Shown here piece after piece: positions 23,936 through 36,722 of a stretch of DNA of 64,000 bases (positions are counted from its first letter, which is position 1; the number at the start of each line of letters is the position of its first letter). A model generated the notes under the pieces. That model did no database searches. It was not told the DNA's origin and saw only the letters and a list, made by a program, of their open reading frames with translations. Origin of the DNA: Sporopachydermia quercuum (taxonomy: Eukaryota); assembly GCA_001599295.1 (NCBI GenBank), contig BCGN01000003.1, positions 806,001-870,000 of the forward strand, read 5' to 3'. The translations under genes and the position numbers were made by a program.

Positions 23936-24440
23936 GGTGAAACAAGAATACCTAGAGCCGAGAAGGGAAACAGAAGTTTCCGAGTTTCCGATTCTCCGAT
24001 TCTCCGAGGTCTTAGGTCCTAGGTCCTAATTCCGAATTTGGAGTTACCCTGACTCATTCTGAACCGGTTTACATAGCATTAATGATTATATAATCAAATC
24101 ATCGATTTAAACAAGAAACGACAGATAAAACCGACATATATATTGTATAATCAGCATTAATTGACAATTTATCAACTACGACAGTAACTGTATTTTTGGG
24201 GTGAAATAAAAATGTGATTGTGATTGTTATTGTTATTGAGTGAGAACTCTGCAATTATAATTGAGGTTCAATATAACAGTAATTAAGTTTCTATACTTTG
24301 ATGATGATATGAAACCATTTTGAAGACCAAAATGTCAGATTTTCCGACGCTTCGAGGCTCGGAAGGTTAAAATTGTACACGGTCAAAGAAAAGATGTTGT
24401 AGGCCGAATTGTCTCCACTTCGGAAAGTGTGCATGGCGAT

Positions 24441-24500
24441 GTTTCTGTAAGTTTCTGTAAGTTTCTGTAAGTTTCTGTAAGTTTCCGTATGTTTCCGCAC
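24441..24500. repeat. 10-bp tandem repeat (GTTTCTGTAA)x4 plus two degenerate units
   Basis: gtttctgtaa x4, then gtttccgtat, gtttccgcac. Confidence 0.95.
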
Positions 24501-25118
24501 TTAAAACATGTGAGTTAGTTTAGTTCTGTGATCCTAGCGGAGTAAAAGGATGAGTTTTTCATATCATATAGTGCGAAACAAATAAGGTTCAATGTAGGAT
24601 CAGAAGCGGCATTTCCGATATTTCATATTTCAGCGGGTCTATTTATATCCGATTCAACTTTTTTATGATCCGAAATGCTTCAGTGGTTAAGTTTGATCTA
24701 ACTATATACACCGAGCTACAAGACTAATTGCGATTGCCCAAACAAGATCCATCCGAGCAGTTGAGATTTTGCGAAAGCATCCGATCATTTCCGCAATTAT
24801 CCTGTCTTCGATAACGATGATTTCCTGTATTTTTATCTGTATAGACAACAGATGACGTATTCAATAAACCAAGGTAAGTTTCGGATCATACTATCGTTAG
24901 AGATATCACTTTTTCCTGCTTCATTATGCATGTACGCAGTGAAATGTAGTAAATCTGCATGGATAAATGCCTGTCCTTATAATTATCATTCTAACAAGAA
25001 GAATATCAATTATAAGCAAAAGAAGCATCAAATTATGCAAAATGCTACCTTTATCATGTGAAATTTCTAGATGCCTTATTGACTTCCCCATTCATCATCT
25101 TCCTGTTCATTCTACCGT

Positions 25119-26564
25119 TCATAATATGCTCATCCGAGCGTATAAATCAACCCCTGACCCTCTTCCTTGATTTCCTATTGCCATTCCCATTCCCATTCCC
25201 GAACTCTTCCAAGTACTCCCGCTGGTTCCGTCTTCTTGCTCCGATGGATTGCCCTCTTTTCCTGTACCCGAATTACTACCACCACTGCTGCTGCTCCGAT
25301 GAGGCTTCAGTAACAACACTAAGAGTAACCCGAATACTATTAACGATAAAAGAAATATCACTTTACATTTCTGCGACCGTTTCTGATAATGCGAAGCCTT
25401 CGTGAGCTCTCGTTCTGCTCCTTTAACATCAGTTCGAACCATCTCGATATTGTAATCAATTCTATCTAAAATCGTTCCTTGATCAATCACCATATTCTGC
25501 ATATCACGGAAGATCTCGGATACTTCCATAATTCCTTGCGCAATTGCGTTAATTTCTTTCTCCCTTTGTTGTATTTTAGAATCAGAAACTGTTGTTGTTT
25601 GTAGAGAAGATGATTGAAGCATATTTCTTGATATTTCGTCATAATCTTCCTCTGCTGGGTTAAAAGATTTGGATTCAATTGGGTCTTCTTTTCTTAATGC
25701 TATGATTTTGTTAGTACTAGGAGTTAAAGAAATAAAAGAAAGGAAAGATAAAATGACATAAGACAGATAGATATGAATTATAATAATGATAGTAATAATG
25801 GTAGTAATAATAGTAGAATGCTAGTTGGGAAAGTAGAATTGTAGCAAAATTGACGTAAACCGCTGGAAATCAGAACAAATAATAATGTAGTTGATAGATG
25901 AATTATAGGCATAACAATCATAATAATCATAGTAAAGGAGTAGATATTAATATATGCTACTTTCATAATAAGACAAAACTATGTTCAACTTGCAATCTAC
26001 CGTATAATAACATAGCATATCATATCCTTCATATTTTCATCTCAAGAAGTACTCACATTTTGCGTATAAAGACTGCATCTTTCTGAACCTCGTTGATGTG
26101 TCCTGAATCTTTGCTGCCAATGCCATTTTCATGTTTTTCGCCATTGCCTCATCCGCCGGATTGTTGGTATTTTTAGACGCTTCATCAAGCCGTTTGATCC
26201 CATTCTGAGCTTTATGTAGTTTAGTAGTAATCTCCGACGTTAATGCATATATCCGAGCTTCATCAGCCGATCGATCATCAAATCCTGGTAAAAGATTCTT
26301 TTGATGTAAAGAATCTAACTTGTTAATACTTTCTTGAGTATCGGCTAATATATCATTAATATCATCTTCAAGATCCACCCATATTGGTGGTAGTACCGAA
26401 AGCTCAAAAGCCTCTGGTTGGTCGAAATTACCAATAAGCCGTTCTTCTTCTTCACTGGTATTTTGCAATCGAGCTTTATTTGAGAATCGGTGGTTGATTG
26501 ATATGTCATTTCTAGGAATTGTGCTCCTATAGGAGAAATAAAGGTTGGTTCTATCACGGAACAT
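25119..26564 (-). CDS. TLG2: t-SNARE Tlg2 (syntaxin-16); exons 26564-26057 and 25699-25119
   Basis: N-peptide MFRDRTNLY, LPPIWVD, LLPGFDDR, SNARE motif QGTILDRIDYNIE, C-terminal TM and luminal tail. Intron 26056-25700 (GTGAGT…TACTAAC…CATAG) keeps the frame. Confidence 0.93.
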
Positions 26565-27644
26565 AGTAAGATGGGGATAGAAATGACAGCAATGGAAGTT
26601 TGATGATCGAAGATAGATGGTTGACAGGAAAGAAACGCTTCGGATGCTGAAATTTCCGAGTACTCCGATGAATGGTTGGTTAATAAGGGGTGCGGAACTG
26701 TCTCGGAATCGGAGTTCTTCACGGAACATAGTAAATGTTGTTAGAGTTAGTTGTAATGGAAGCGCTCATGGAGCTTAAGCGTTAAAGTTTTGGGATACAT
26801 ATTTGGCATGTCTCAGCTCCAAACCTTATTTCTTGAGCATGAACCATCTAATTACTCCTAGAGGAAGTCAATTTCGGATTTGTTTATATATATATTTATT
26901 TATAGTTTCATTAAAATATGAAAGTTTTGTTTTCAGCTTTTTCTATTTTCAGTAGTAATATTATTTAAGTATGTTACTACAACTTTATTGGCTTACAATC
27001 GGTTGAAGGAGGTAGAGAAGGTAGAAGGTTAGAGTTTAAGAAATATGCAGGTAATTGCAATATGTTAAAACTAGTGCATTTAAAGGAAAAAGACTTATAA
27101 AGATTGAGAACGCGATAGTAATACATTATGAGTAGTATTCATCTTTTTTTATTTTATATTGAGTAGTCTCAATACTTTGAATATGAGATTTTGAAATTGA
27201 AAATGTCAATATAGTTAGAGAAAATTATTATTTACTTGTCTGCCTATGCTTACTTTGTTTATTTGACAAAGTTCTCGGGTACTGCATAAAAGTATGCATG
27301 AACTATGCATTCTTGAAACCTTAATGTGATCTACATGGTTATGTTCTTAATATATGTATCGTATTATTACATCAGAAATATTTATTTGACCATATGAACA
27401 ATTTGATACAATCGTTCAACTTCTATTTATTTTATTCAACTTTTACATTGAATTAGCTCCCTTGACAGCTGGTTTGATAGTCCTTTCTTCCTTCGTGCAT
27501 TGCTTTAAGTTCACATATTCCTGCGCCTATAGAGGTGCATATTACTTCAACCTGTTTCTACAAATCTACAAAAATTATAGTAATTTTAATTCATCACGTC
27601 ATTATCGTTACAAATATACATTTCTAATTATCACAGATTGTTAT

Positions 27645-30230
27645 TCAGCGTTTTCTTGTCGTTCGATGTAGTAATCCCGCCAAGGTTAATCCACTGCTCG
27701 ACCGTCTGGGACTTTTTCCGTGTGGTTGGTCGTTATTGACGTCACGTCTTCGGGTAGGCGCGGTATGAGCACCGTTAGTGGAACCAGACCCGGAACCAGA
27801 AGAGGACCCAGAACCGAAAGAAGGTTGAGTTGAAATTAAACTAGATGATGAAGCATTGGCCCTGTTTGGCCTATTACTAGAACTGGCAGGATTTCCATTC
27901 CCGGTTCCAATTCCAGTTCCAGTACCGTCCCCGTTTGTATTTCTGGGTGGAACGCGGGTTCTGCCTGGTGCTATCACAAGCTTCAAACCTTCGTCATTGT
28001 CTTCTTCGTTTTCTTCCTCTAGTGTGGATGTTTGATTTATTGCTGATGCTGAACTTCGGGATTGCATCGTTGGTCGCTTCACCCCGTTGACGTTAGCAAC
28101 TAATGATCCCGAAGAAGAACTCCGAGATCCGAAACTTTTTCTTCCGACTAAATGGCCGATACTCGGGAATGATGATCGGATCTGGTTCGGAGATTCCGGT
28201 AGTGAAAAAGATACTTGACTGGCATGCGGAGTAGTATCGGGGTTTCCGTTCCCATGGTCATAAACAGGAGCCAAATCTTCGGACGGTTCTGTTTTCATGG
28301 CTGTCGAGTAAGAAGGAACACGGGATAGCATTTCTAGCCCCGACTCGGACTCCTCACTGTCTTGCTCGGCATTAGCTGCACTTAGCGGGGTGAACCGGTT
28401 GGACGAGTGGAACGGTGATGTTGGCCGAGAGACATGCAAAATCTCTGGCGATCTAATTCCTGCTTCAAAGTTTCGGTTAGTTTCAATTGAGACATAAGCG
28501 GGGTTTGCTTCCGATTGATGTAGATTCTCTTGTTGCGCTTCCAAAGCTTGAAGTCGAGAGGATAACTGAGACCGGAGTTGAGTTTCTAAAGAGGGTAAAT
28601 GTTCCGCGGAATTATTCCGGGAAGGAGCAAAAGGGGTGGATATACCGGAGGACATTGGAGAGTCTATTGCCGATCCCGAGGCAATGTCGGACCAAAGACG
28701 GTCGTAAATATGTTCTTCATAAGTAGGAGGGGCCAAACTTGAGGGGTTCCCGTTCCAAATTTCCTCCGATGGGATTCCTGGAAATAGAAGTTCTTCCGAA
28801 GTCTCCGTATTCTGTTCTTCCGAGTCTCCAGAATGGGAGGAAGGTGCAGAAGGTTCTATGATATCAATTCCGTTATTGCTTGTTGATATAGTAACACTAG
28901 GAGAAATAAATAGTGATACAGGTAATGAAGCTCGGAGCTCGCTCACGTGACCGTCGGGATTAATTAGACCAACGGCAAATTTGAGTTTATGTCGGATTTT
29001 AATGTATGGCTCAATTTCACAATCCTGCCGGCATTTCGACAAGCTTGGCGGAATATTTAGAGCAATTTGGATGTCCCATCGGTCTTGGGACTCCTCTTCA
29101 AAAGCTTCATCCGGCTCTGATGTATGTGGTTCAACGGTTTTCGTTAGAAGAGTCATATTGTCGACCACTGATTGGCCAAATTGTCCTTGAAGTTGGAAAT
29201 ATTCTTCTAATGTTATGTTAATTGTTCTGAGTTTTAGGCCTTTGCGAAGCGGAACCAAGAGGATATTTATCGGAAGGACCGAGCCGATAGCAATAGCTTT
29301 TGATGCTACACTGATGGAATAATCAACTTTGCCAGGCCATGTGTTATCTATCGCGACAGTTTCGGAAAGATCGGCATTATCAGGAGCTAGGGTTCGGATC
29401 ACATGTAGTGTTCTTTTAGTCGAGATGTTGGAAGAAAATCTACCCCGCTCAACAGTGGCGTGAAGTTTGTACCGGATGGAAGCAAAAGGAAAACCTTCTA
29501 CCGATTCGGGAATATTGCCCGGTAGTGCCACCTGAAAGGGAAATTCATAGTTACCCTTGGCCAGAGTATGGCTTGAAGAAGACGAAGCAGGTTGATTTGC
29601 CGCAGGAATAACAATAGTTCCGTTGGATGGAGCAAGCTGAATTGCCGATATAGATTCTACAATGTTGTTAGAAGCATTACCAGCAGATTCTTCGGCATGA
29701 TTTGCCAACTCTAAATTAACGGCTGTTAAATTACTACTGGAATTGGTCCGTGATGTAGCCCGGGAGTTTGTTCGGCTACTACTCCGGGAACTGTTCCGAG
29801 ACATGTTCCGAGATCCAGCCTGACTCGTATCAGCGGCCTGTTGTAAGTTTACAAAACTGTCATGAAGAGAATGTCCTCCAGACTGAGAAAAAGCTGATGA
29901 GATCACCGTATTGTTTGGTGTGCTTTGAAACTCTAAATTATCCCATACTTGCTCGAACAGCAATTTGTCCATCCGAACATGTCGTGGTACCATTCCCCGA
30001 ACTGGAACCGCCGATTGATCAATCCAGTTTAACCGAGCCGTTGAGTAGAGCCGCAAGGATATCTTTTTGATAGACATTGGCTCATTTACCGATAGAACTA
30101 CTGAACCTGATAGTAAAACAGAAGGGGCATTTATCTGGTCCCCTCTTATTAGTATAACATCATGATCGATACCTCTGGCTCGGATCTCAAACAGTGATAA
30201 TGGGTTATTGTTCCGTGATAGAGAAACCAT
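27645..30230 (-). CDS. Alpha-arrestin, CreD/Rod1/Rog3 type (Rsp5 adaptor)
   Basis: GNYEFPF…PGNIPESVEG, HVIRTL, DNTWPGKVDY, IRHKLKF…NPDGHVSELRASLP; PY motifs PPTY and LSRVPSY. Confidence 0.9.
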   Translation of the reverse strand: MVSLSRNNNPLSLFEIRARGIDHDVILIRGDQINAPSVLLSGSVVLSVNEPMSIKKISLRLYSTARLNWIDQSAVPVRGMVPRHVRMDKLLFEQVWDNLEFQSTPNNTVISSAFSQSGGHSLHDSFVNLQQAADTSQAGSRNMSRNSSRSSSRTNSRATSRTNSSSNLTAVNLELANHAEESAGNASNNIVESISAIQLAPSNGTIVIPAANQPASSSSSHTLAKGNYEFPFQVALPGNIPESVEGFPFASIRYKLHATVERGRFSSNISTKRTLHVIRTLAPDNADLSETVAIDNTWPGKVDYSISVASKAIAIGSVLPINILLVPLRKGLKLRTINITLEEYFQLQGQFGQSVVDNMTLLTKTVEPHTSEPDEAFEEESQDRWDIQIALNIPPSLSKCRQDCEIEPYIKIRHKLKFAVGLINPDGHVSELRASLPVSLFISPSVTISTSNNGIDIIEPSAPSSHSGDSEEQNTETSEELLFPGIPSEEIWNGNPSSLAPPTYEEHIYDRLWSDIASGSAIDSPMSSGISTPFAPSRNNSAEHLPSLETQLRSQLSSRLQALEAQQENLHQSEANPAYVSIETNRNFEAGIRSPEILHVSRPTSPFHSSNRFTPLSAANAEQDSEESESGLEMLSRVPSYSTAMKTEPSEDLAPVYDHGNGNPDTTPHASQVSFSLPESPNQIRSSFPSIGHLVGRKSFGSRSSSSGSLVANVNGVKRPTMQSRSSASAINQTSTLEEENEEDNDEGLKLVIAPGRTRVPPRNTNGDGTGTGIGTGNGNPASSSNRPNRANASSSSLISTQPSFGSGSSSGSGSGSTNGAHTAPTRRRDVNNDQPHGKSPRRSSSGLTLAGLLHRTTRKR

Positions 30231-32919
30231 CGTGAAAAACTGCGATCGGTGATTGGTGATTGATGTAGTGTACTGAACAGCACTGTATGTATTGTAACTA
30301 CAGTCAGTTTTCTGACCTATTGACGCAGGGTTGGTTGATATGCATATATTAACAAAGAATCAAAACAAACAGATCAATCATAAAATACAAACAAAAAGCA
30401 AGTACTAGTAATGATGATTGTAGATGATCCGTTAATAAATAAAACTAAAACAAACCAGTAGCTGTTGTTGATACTAAGCAGATACAATTATAGCCACAGA
30501 AGGGAGATGTTCATGAGTGGTACGTTGAGTTGATTTGATGAGGATAATATCTCTGCAATTGGTTTGAAGACACAAATGAATAAATTAGTGCCACAAATCA
30601 CAAATCACACAACAAAGAAGCTAGAAGTTCTTTGCATTATTCACAACGTTTGTTTGTACTATCATTTCCCTTTGTATATGTAAGTAAGTCAATAGTTATA
30701 GCAACCGATTAAACGGTTTTGCAATCAAAATGTTACAAATGAAGAAATCTATAAGAATTGGATTTGTGACACATCCACATTCATCCTAGTGCCAAACCCT
30801 AATATGGGATTACTACGGAAACTCTAAAATCTTGAGTTTCTCCTGTAGTTTGGTAGATTCTCGTTTTTTGCTGTAAATGTCCTTTAAGGAGCGATTAACT
30901 TCCTATAAGTTTTTTATTTTATTCGGATCAAAGTGCGTTGAACGAATAGAATTTCAAAGAATTTGGTAGAGTTCTATTTGCTATAGATGTGAAAATAGAG
31001 ATGTCTATCTTTTTTTTATTCTTTTTGATATTTGGAAGGATTGAAAGATGAAGCATTGAAAGATGAACGATTGAATTGATGATAGTTGAGCAGATAGTAA
31101 TGGAGTTCCAATGATTCATTAGCAGGAGCTGATAGATAATTATGTATTATCATCAAAGAAAGGAAACATGCATGAGCGATTTTACTTCAGCGGCTCTTTC
31201 TTTTGGTACAATTTTTTTATTACTTTTTTCCTTCATTTTGCACAGCCGTGCAAAGAAAGTTTTCGATTCGGAAGACTATCCAATCTAGGTGGAGATTATC
31301 CGAGATCAAACCCGTAATTTGAAAAGGAGATAAATAATAGGTTACTGTTAAGAGTTTAGTTGGTTAATCAGTTATTATTGGGAGCGTATTTAGAGCGCTC
31401 AAAGTATCTTTCAGCCACTTATTTGATGATTCTATAAAACTGGTACGGTACTGTTAGCGGTAGTATCAGTAGGCGGGAGGATTTCTTCTGTAGATAAGAT
31501 GAGATGAGATAAGAGATCACGCGTTCTTAAGAGAATTACATGATATGATCGGAAGTATGCATTAAGAGGAGAAAACCTCACATTTCTCTAACTATTATCT
31601 AGCATTTTTGTTCATATTACTCCTGAAGTAATTCTTGATGCTAAAATACTATTCCCAGTTTTTTGAGAATCAATTGTACTTTTTAATAGTACATACAATA
31701 TATTCTTCTTGACACGACTAATGTTACAAATAGAAGATATAGTCGCGTTGTATCTATTCTTTATAAGGAGAGTCTATTCGAGAATGAGCCTATTGGCCGA
31801 ATAATAGAAAGGCCTATCAACAGGAAGTGTGATGATACCAATTGCTTGTGCAAATAACAGGTGATACCCAGTCGACATGGTTACAAGAAATATTGTCTAT
31901 ACCTACGAACTGTTCACAATAGAATATATGCCGTAATAATATAATGTTGCACGAGATCTTCGCCAATCAACACCAACCAACCAAGTATTGCCAGCTACTT
32001 CTTCCCTGATAGTGCCTAGTAGTTTATCATAAACGATAACACTTCTTCTTTTTATCTGTTGGTATCGCCTTTATACATCGCCAGTATTTTTATTTTCAAC
32101 AGTTCATTTATNCTATGTCATATTACTTAGTCTTTCCATAACGAAAGGTCATTACTACCGACTGTAACTGAAAAGATGTACCTCATAATTTATTTCCTAG
32201 TCATGAAACCTTCCGTTTAATACCAAAAGGTTACTGCAAACAAAAACTGGCATATACATGTGGCATAAATGATCAGATTACATTACAGTTACTACTACTT
32301 CGGACAATATTTCGTCCGTTGAAAACAACCAGCAAGCAATCATTCCAATATCGTAAGCAATTTCTCTGTTCAGTTTGTTTTATCAATTTGAAAAGTTGAA
32401 ATAAACTGTTCATTATCTAACGATTCCGTCGCTTCAGGATATCGGGCTGATTTTACCTGGTGGGTTATGCCATCGTAACAAACCAACTAGGAACGTAAAT
32501 GTAATATTCCACGTCAATTCAAACTTCTAGGACTAAAATCGAGACATAGCAAGATTCAATTCAATTTATCAAGCTGAAACACTCTTTCTTAAAGTTAAGT
32601 CGCTGCGAATTTCTTCGTTTATAAATCGATGCCCATATCTGCTCATTATTCGAATACCTGCTCACCAGCTGACTGCCATGTTATAGATCTTCTCTAGAAA
32701 CGTCACGTTTATTAGTGTAGCTGTGAATTTGAAATATACCAATTCATCTCTATCCCACCCCCTCTCATCCCATTTGCCTATAATTAATAATCTATTGTCA
32801 AACATATATATTTGTAGAGTGACAGAGTAAACCAACATTATTTATCATTCATTAGCTTCTTTCCTTGCAATCTGCTACTATCTCTTTTTTCCATACCCTA
32901 TATTATCTCTCTTTTTCTT

Positions 32920-34077
32920 CTAAAGCAAAGAATACTGATGCGTCAAAATTGCATCTCCTCCATGAATGAGATCTAATGTGTAACTATAGAAATTACCTTC
33001 CGCCGTCACCACCACTACATTATTTCCACTACCACTCAGAGCTACAATGGACCGTATTCCTTGCATTCCTGGTACTTTGATTGATGCAAAATGCCTTTCT
33101 GGCTGCAATACGGATATAAGTGAATCAGGAAGAAATTCACCCATGGATTCTGCTGCTCTCTTAGTTAATTGCTGTGACGATCTACGTATCATTCTTCCAA
33201 CGTCGATCTTCTTGTCCTTGCGGTTCTTCGGCACATTCAATCCTTCGCTATTATCAGTAAGACTATGATTACTGCTAACAAAACTACTATTTTCTGTAAC
33301 GTGATCGCTATCATTGAGCTTATCATTCGATCGGAAAACATGCACTGTCCCTGAAGCCGAGCTTACAACTAGTAGTGAACTGTCTAAAGAGAAGTTGATT
33401 GAATGGATGTCGGATTGGTAGCTTCCACGGCGGAATTGTTTGATCAATTCGCCTGAAATGATGTCAAACACACGAACAATTGTTCCTTTGACAGATGCAC
33501 TAGCAAGCAAATTGCCATCTGCAGACAATGCCATACATACTACCTCGCTTCGATGAGCTTCTATTACTTTTGTAGGGAGCATTGTCTCACAGTCGAAAAC
33601 TACTATACCATCACCGTTTAAACTAGGATAACTTAGGACACCAGGTCCATCTCCTCCAGATAATGCACATACTCCACGAGGATTGGCTATGGTATCTACT
33701 GTGTGTAGCAGCTTCATACAGCTAATGTCATAAATATATATCTGTTGTTCTAGAACTATCACCAGCCGGGCTCTGTTAAGTCTGACGGCCAAAACAGCAG
33801 TGGGAAACGTCAATTCGCATATTATAGATTGCCTTTTCGTGTTTAGAACTTTCACCCTCCTTGGTGAAAAAGCTGGTTGATCTCCTCTGCCTACAATTAT
33901 CACCAGAGATGTGCTGAAGAGCATTTCTGCTTTACCTATACTCATTCCATCATGTTGAGTGAAGCATTCTCCGAAGGGATCGCAGTTGAATATTTTGTAG
34001 CCCTGGGAAGTTCCAACCGCAAAACACGTAAAGTTCTGGTTGAAGCTCATAGAAGTTATTTCTTCTTCTCCTTGCAT
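32920..34077 (-). CDS. ATG21: PROPPIN WD40 protein of the Atg18/Atg21 family (leaning Atg21)
   Basis: FNQ…, EMLFSTSL, SPRR…NTKRQS.ICEL.FP, EAH, KGTIVRVF, FRRG lipid-binding motif. Divergent SASVKGT and SSASGTVH favour Atg21 over Atg18, but this is uncertain. Confidence 0.8.
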   Translation of the reverse strand: MQGEEEITSMSFNQNFTCFAVGTSQGYKIFNCDPFGECFTQHDGMSIGKAEMLFSTSLVIIVGRGDQPAFSPRRVKVLNTKRQSIICELTFPTAVLAVRLNRARLVIVLEQQIYIYDISCMKLLHTVDTIANPRGVCALSGGDGPGVLSYPSLNGDGIVVFDCETMLPTKVIEAHRSEVVCMALSADGNLLASASVKGTIVRVFDIISGELIKQFRRGSYQSDIHSINFSLDSSLLVVSSASGTVHVFRSNDKLNDSDHVTENSSFVSSNHSLTDNSEGLNVPKNRKDKKIDVGRMIRRSSQQLTKRAAESMGEFLPDSLISVLQPERHFASIKVPGMQGIRSIVALSGSGNNVVVVTAEGNFYSYTLDLIHGGDAILTHQYSLL

Positions 34078-35123
34078 CGTGTTAGTATGATAAAAGTAAC
34101 AATGGTGCAGGTATTATTAAAAGGAAATGGCTGAGACGGAATGTTCAAAATCCAATTGACGTTCAAATTTTCAGGATTGAAGCTGCCAGGAAATTTTTCA
34201 GTTTGGTCTTTGATGCCCCCTATAAGCTACAAAAATCCTGGTTCACAAGGCTGGTACAATGAGAACTTCTTGTCCTGTTATACCCGTTTATCCTTTCTTT
34301 TGCTTTGCTCAATGATGGTACAGATAGAAAGAACCACGAAAGCATATAGTCACCATTAATCAATGAGCAAATTGCCGATACTTAGTTTCTGCTTGTCTTA
34401 TTGCCATCAATCGTTCTAATTGCTCAATTCTATTCTAAAACCTGTTGGATTCAAATAATGCCACTGGTATTCGCAGTCTGTCGGTCACAGCTCATAACAA
34501 CAGCAACCACCATATGGTTCGCATATAAACAATCAATCTCGTTTATTATTTTCCGTTTACGCCTTTCTAGAACCCAGACGGAACTTGTATGCATCGACAT
34601 GCATTGACATGCGCAAACATGCATCTCTCCCAAATAGAAAACCTCATCTAATCAGTAGGATTTTATGTTCACGTCATTGTTTTCCATTTCAATCGGTCCT
34701 TAACTTTTTCCTAATTAATCTGTGCGGTATCAAACTATGCTTAATTGATAATAGTTAACTTTAGGCATCAGAACAAAGAATAGAAAGACATGGAAGAAAC
34801 TCATGTGGTGATGATGTATGAATAAACTTGGATTGCAATCAGTTAGTAGGAAACAAATACTAGAAGAGAAGAGAAAAGAAAAAGAGTTGAAATTTTTTCT
34901 TTTTCTTTTTTTTTTTTTGATTCTTAGTACAGAGTTCAGTGTTGATTTATAGATTGATAGATAGTTAGTTATCAGTTTGACAATAACGCAACAATATTAT
35001 TGGCTTTGATACATTGCAAGTTTAGTCACTCAAACTATTTTTGTATGCTTAGCTTAAGCTTAAACGAGTGGGAATCAAAGGGTCTGTACAGTCGAGAGCA
35101 TCAGTCGTATATTAATATTCAAA

Positions 35124-36722
35124 ATGATTGAAGGTAATGTTCTGGTTGTGTCAAATCGTCTTCCTGTAACTATCAAGCGTACTGATGATGGAAACTACGA
35201 ATATACTATGTCATCAGGAGGGTTGGTGACAGCACTCTCAGGATTGAAGAAATCAACAAGATTTCAATGGTTTGGATGGCCTGGTAAGTAGTGGAGATTA
35301 ATGAGAAGCTGATTATTTTTTTGCTGCGTGATATCTGATAAAAAGAACAAGTATATACCGCTAACTTATGATTGAGCTCATACTATGTTTCATGCTATTA
35401 TATGAACATACTGTAATCATAACAATTTCTTATTAACCAATATAATTTATTTAGGGCTTGAGGTTGCTGAAGCTGAACAAGAAAGAGTAAGAAGTGACTT
35501 GATGACAAAATTCTCCTGTATACCAGTATTCTTATCTGATGAAGTAGCTGATCTTCATTATAATGGATTCAGTAATAGTATTCTCTGGCCTTTGTTTCAT
35601 TATCATCCTGGGGAAATAAATTTTGATGAATCTGCTTGGGCTGCTTATATTGAAGCTAACCAAAGCTTTGCTAATGTTATTGCAAGTGTTGTTAAAGATA
35701 ATGATATGGTTTGGATTCATGATTATCATTTGATGCTCCTACCAGAGATGCTTAGGGGAAGAATCAATGGGTTAGTGAATAATGTCGCACTGGGATTTTT
35801 TCTTCATACTCCTTTCCCGTCATCTGAAATATATCGTATTCTACCTGTCAGGAGGCAAATTCTAGAAGGTGTCTTAAGTTGTGATTTGCTTGGTTTCCAT
35901 ACGTATGATTATGCCCGCCATTTCTTATCATCAGTGAGTCGAATTCTAGGAATAAATACTTTGCCGAATGGAGTTGAATTCAAAGGAAGACAAGTTAGTG
36001 TTGGCGCATTCCCCATTGGAATTGATGTAGACAAGTTCCTGGCTGGTTTGGAGAAGGATAGTGTCAAGGAGCGTATCGAAGTACTGCAAAAGAAGTTTGA
36101 GGGTACCAAAATCATAGTAGGTGTTGACAGACTTGATTACATTAAAGGTGTTCCTCAGAAGCTGCATGCATTTGAAGTATTCCTTACAGAACATCCTGAA
36201 TGGGTTGGTAAAGTAGTGTTAGTCCAAGTGGCAGTTCCCTCACGTGGTGATGTTGAAGAATACCAGAACTTACGTGCTGTTGTCAATGAGCTGGTGGGAA
36301 GAGTGAATGGTCAATTTGGTACGGTAGAGTTTGTTCCGATCCATTTTATGCATAAATCTGTGTCGTTTGAAGAACTAGTCGCATTGTACGCTGTATCAGA
36401 TGTTTGTCTTGTTTCTTCTACGAGAGATGGTATGAATCTGGTGTCATATGAATATATCGCTTGTCAACAACGTATGAAAGGCTCTCTCATTTTATCCGAG
36501 TTTACAGGAGCAGCACAGTCGTTGAATGGTAGTTTGATAGTCAATCCTTGGAATACTGAAGAACTCTCTGATGCTATACACGAAGCACTCACGTTACCAG
36601 CAGAGAAACGAGAAAAGAACCATGGAAAACTCTTCCGCTACATAAGCAAGTACACTTCTTCTTTTTGGGGTGAATCTTTTGTTCGAGAGTTATGGAAGAT
36701 TAGCCAAGAAGATGATTCCTAA
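35124..36722 (+). CDS. TPS1: Trehalose-6-phosphate synthase; exons 35124-35283 and 35455-36722
   Basis: Exon 1, absent from the ORF track, encodes MIEGNVLVVSNRLPVTI…SSGGLVTAL…WFGWPG. Intron 35284-35454. WIHDYHL, FLHTPFP, GVDRLDYIKG, RDGMNLV motifs. Confidence 0.97.

Noticed and set aside
31828..32010. C-box GTGATGA … CTGA with a 9-nt rRNA-complementary word
   Set aside because: The complementarity is short and not adjacent to a D/D' box, and the spacing is too long.
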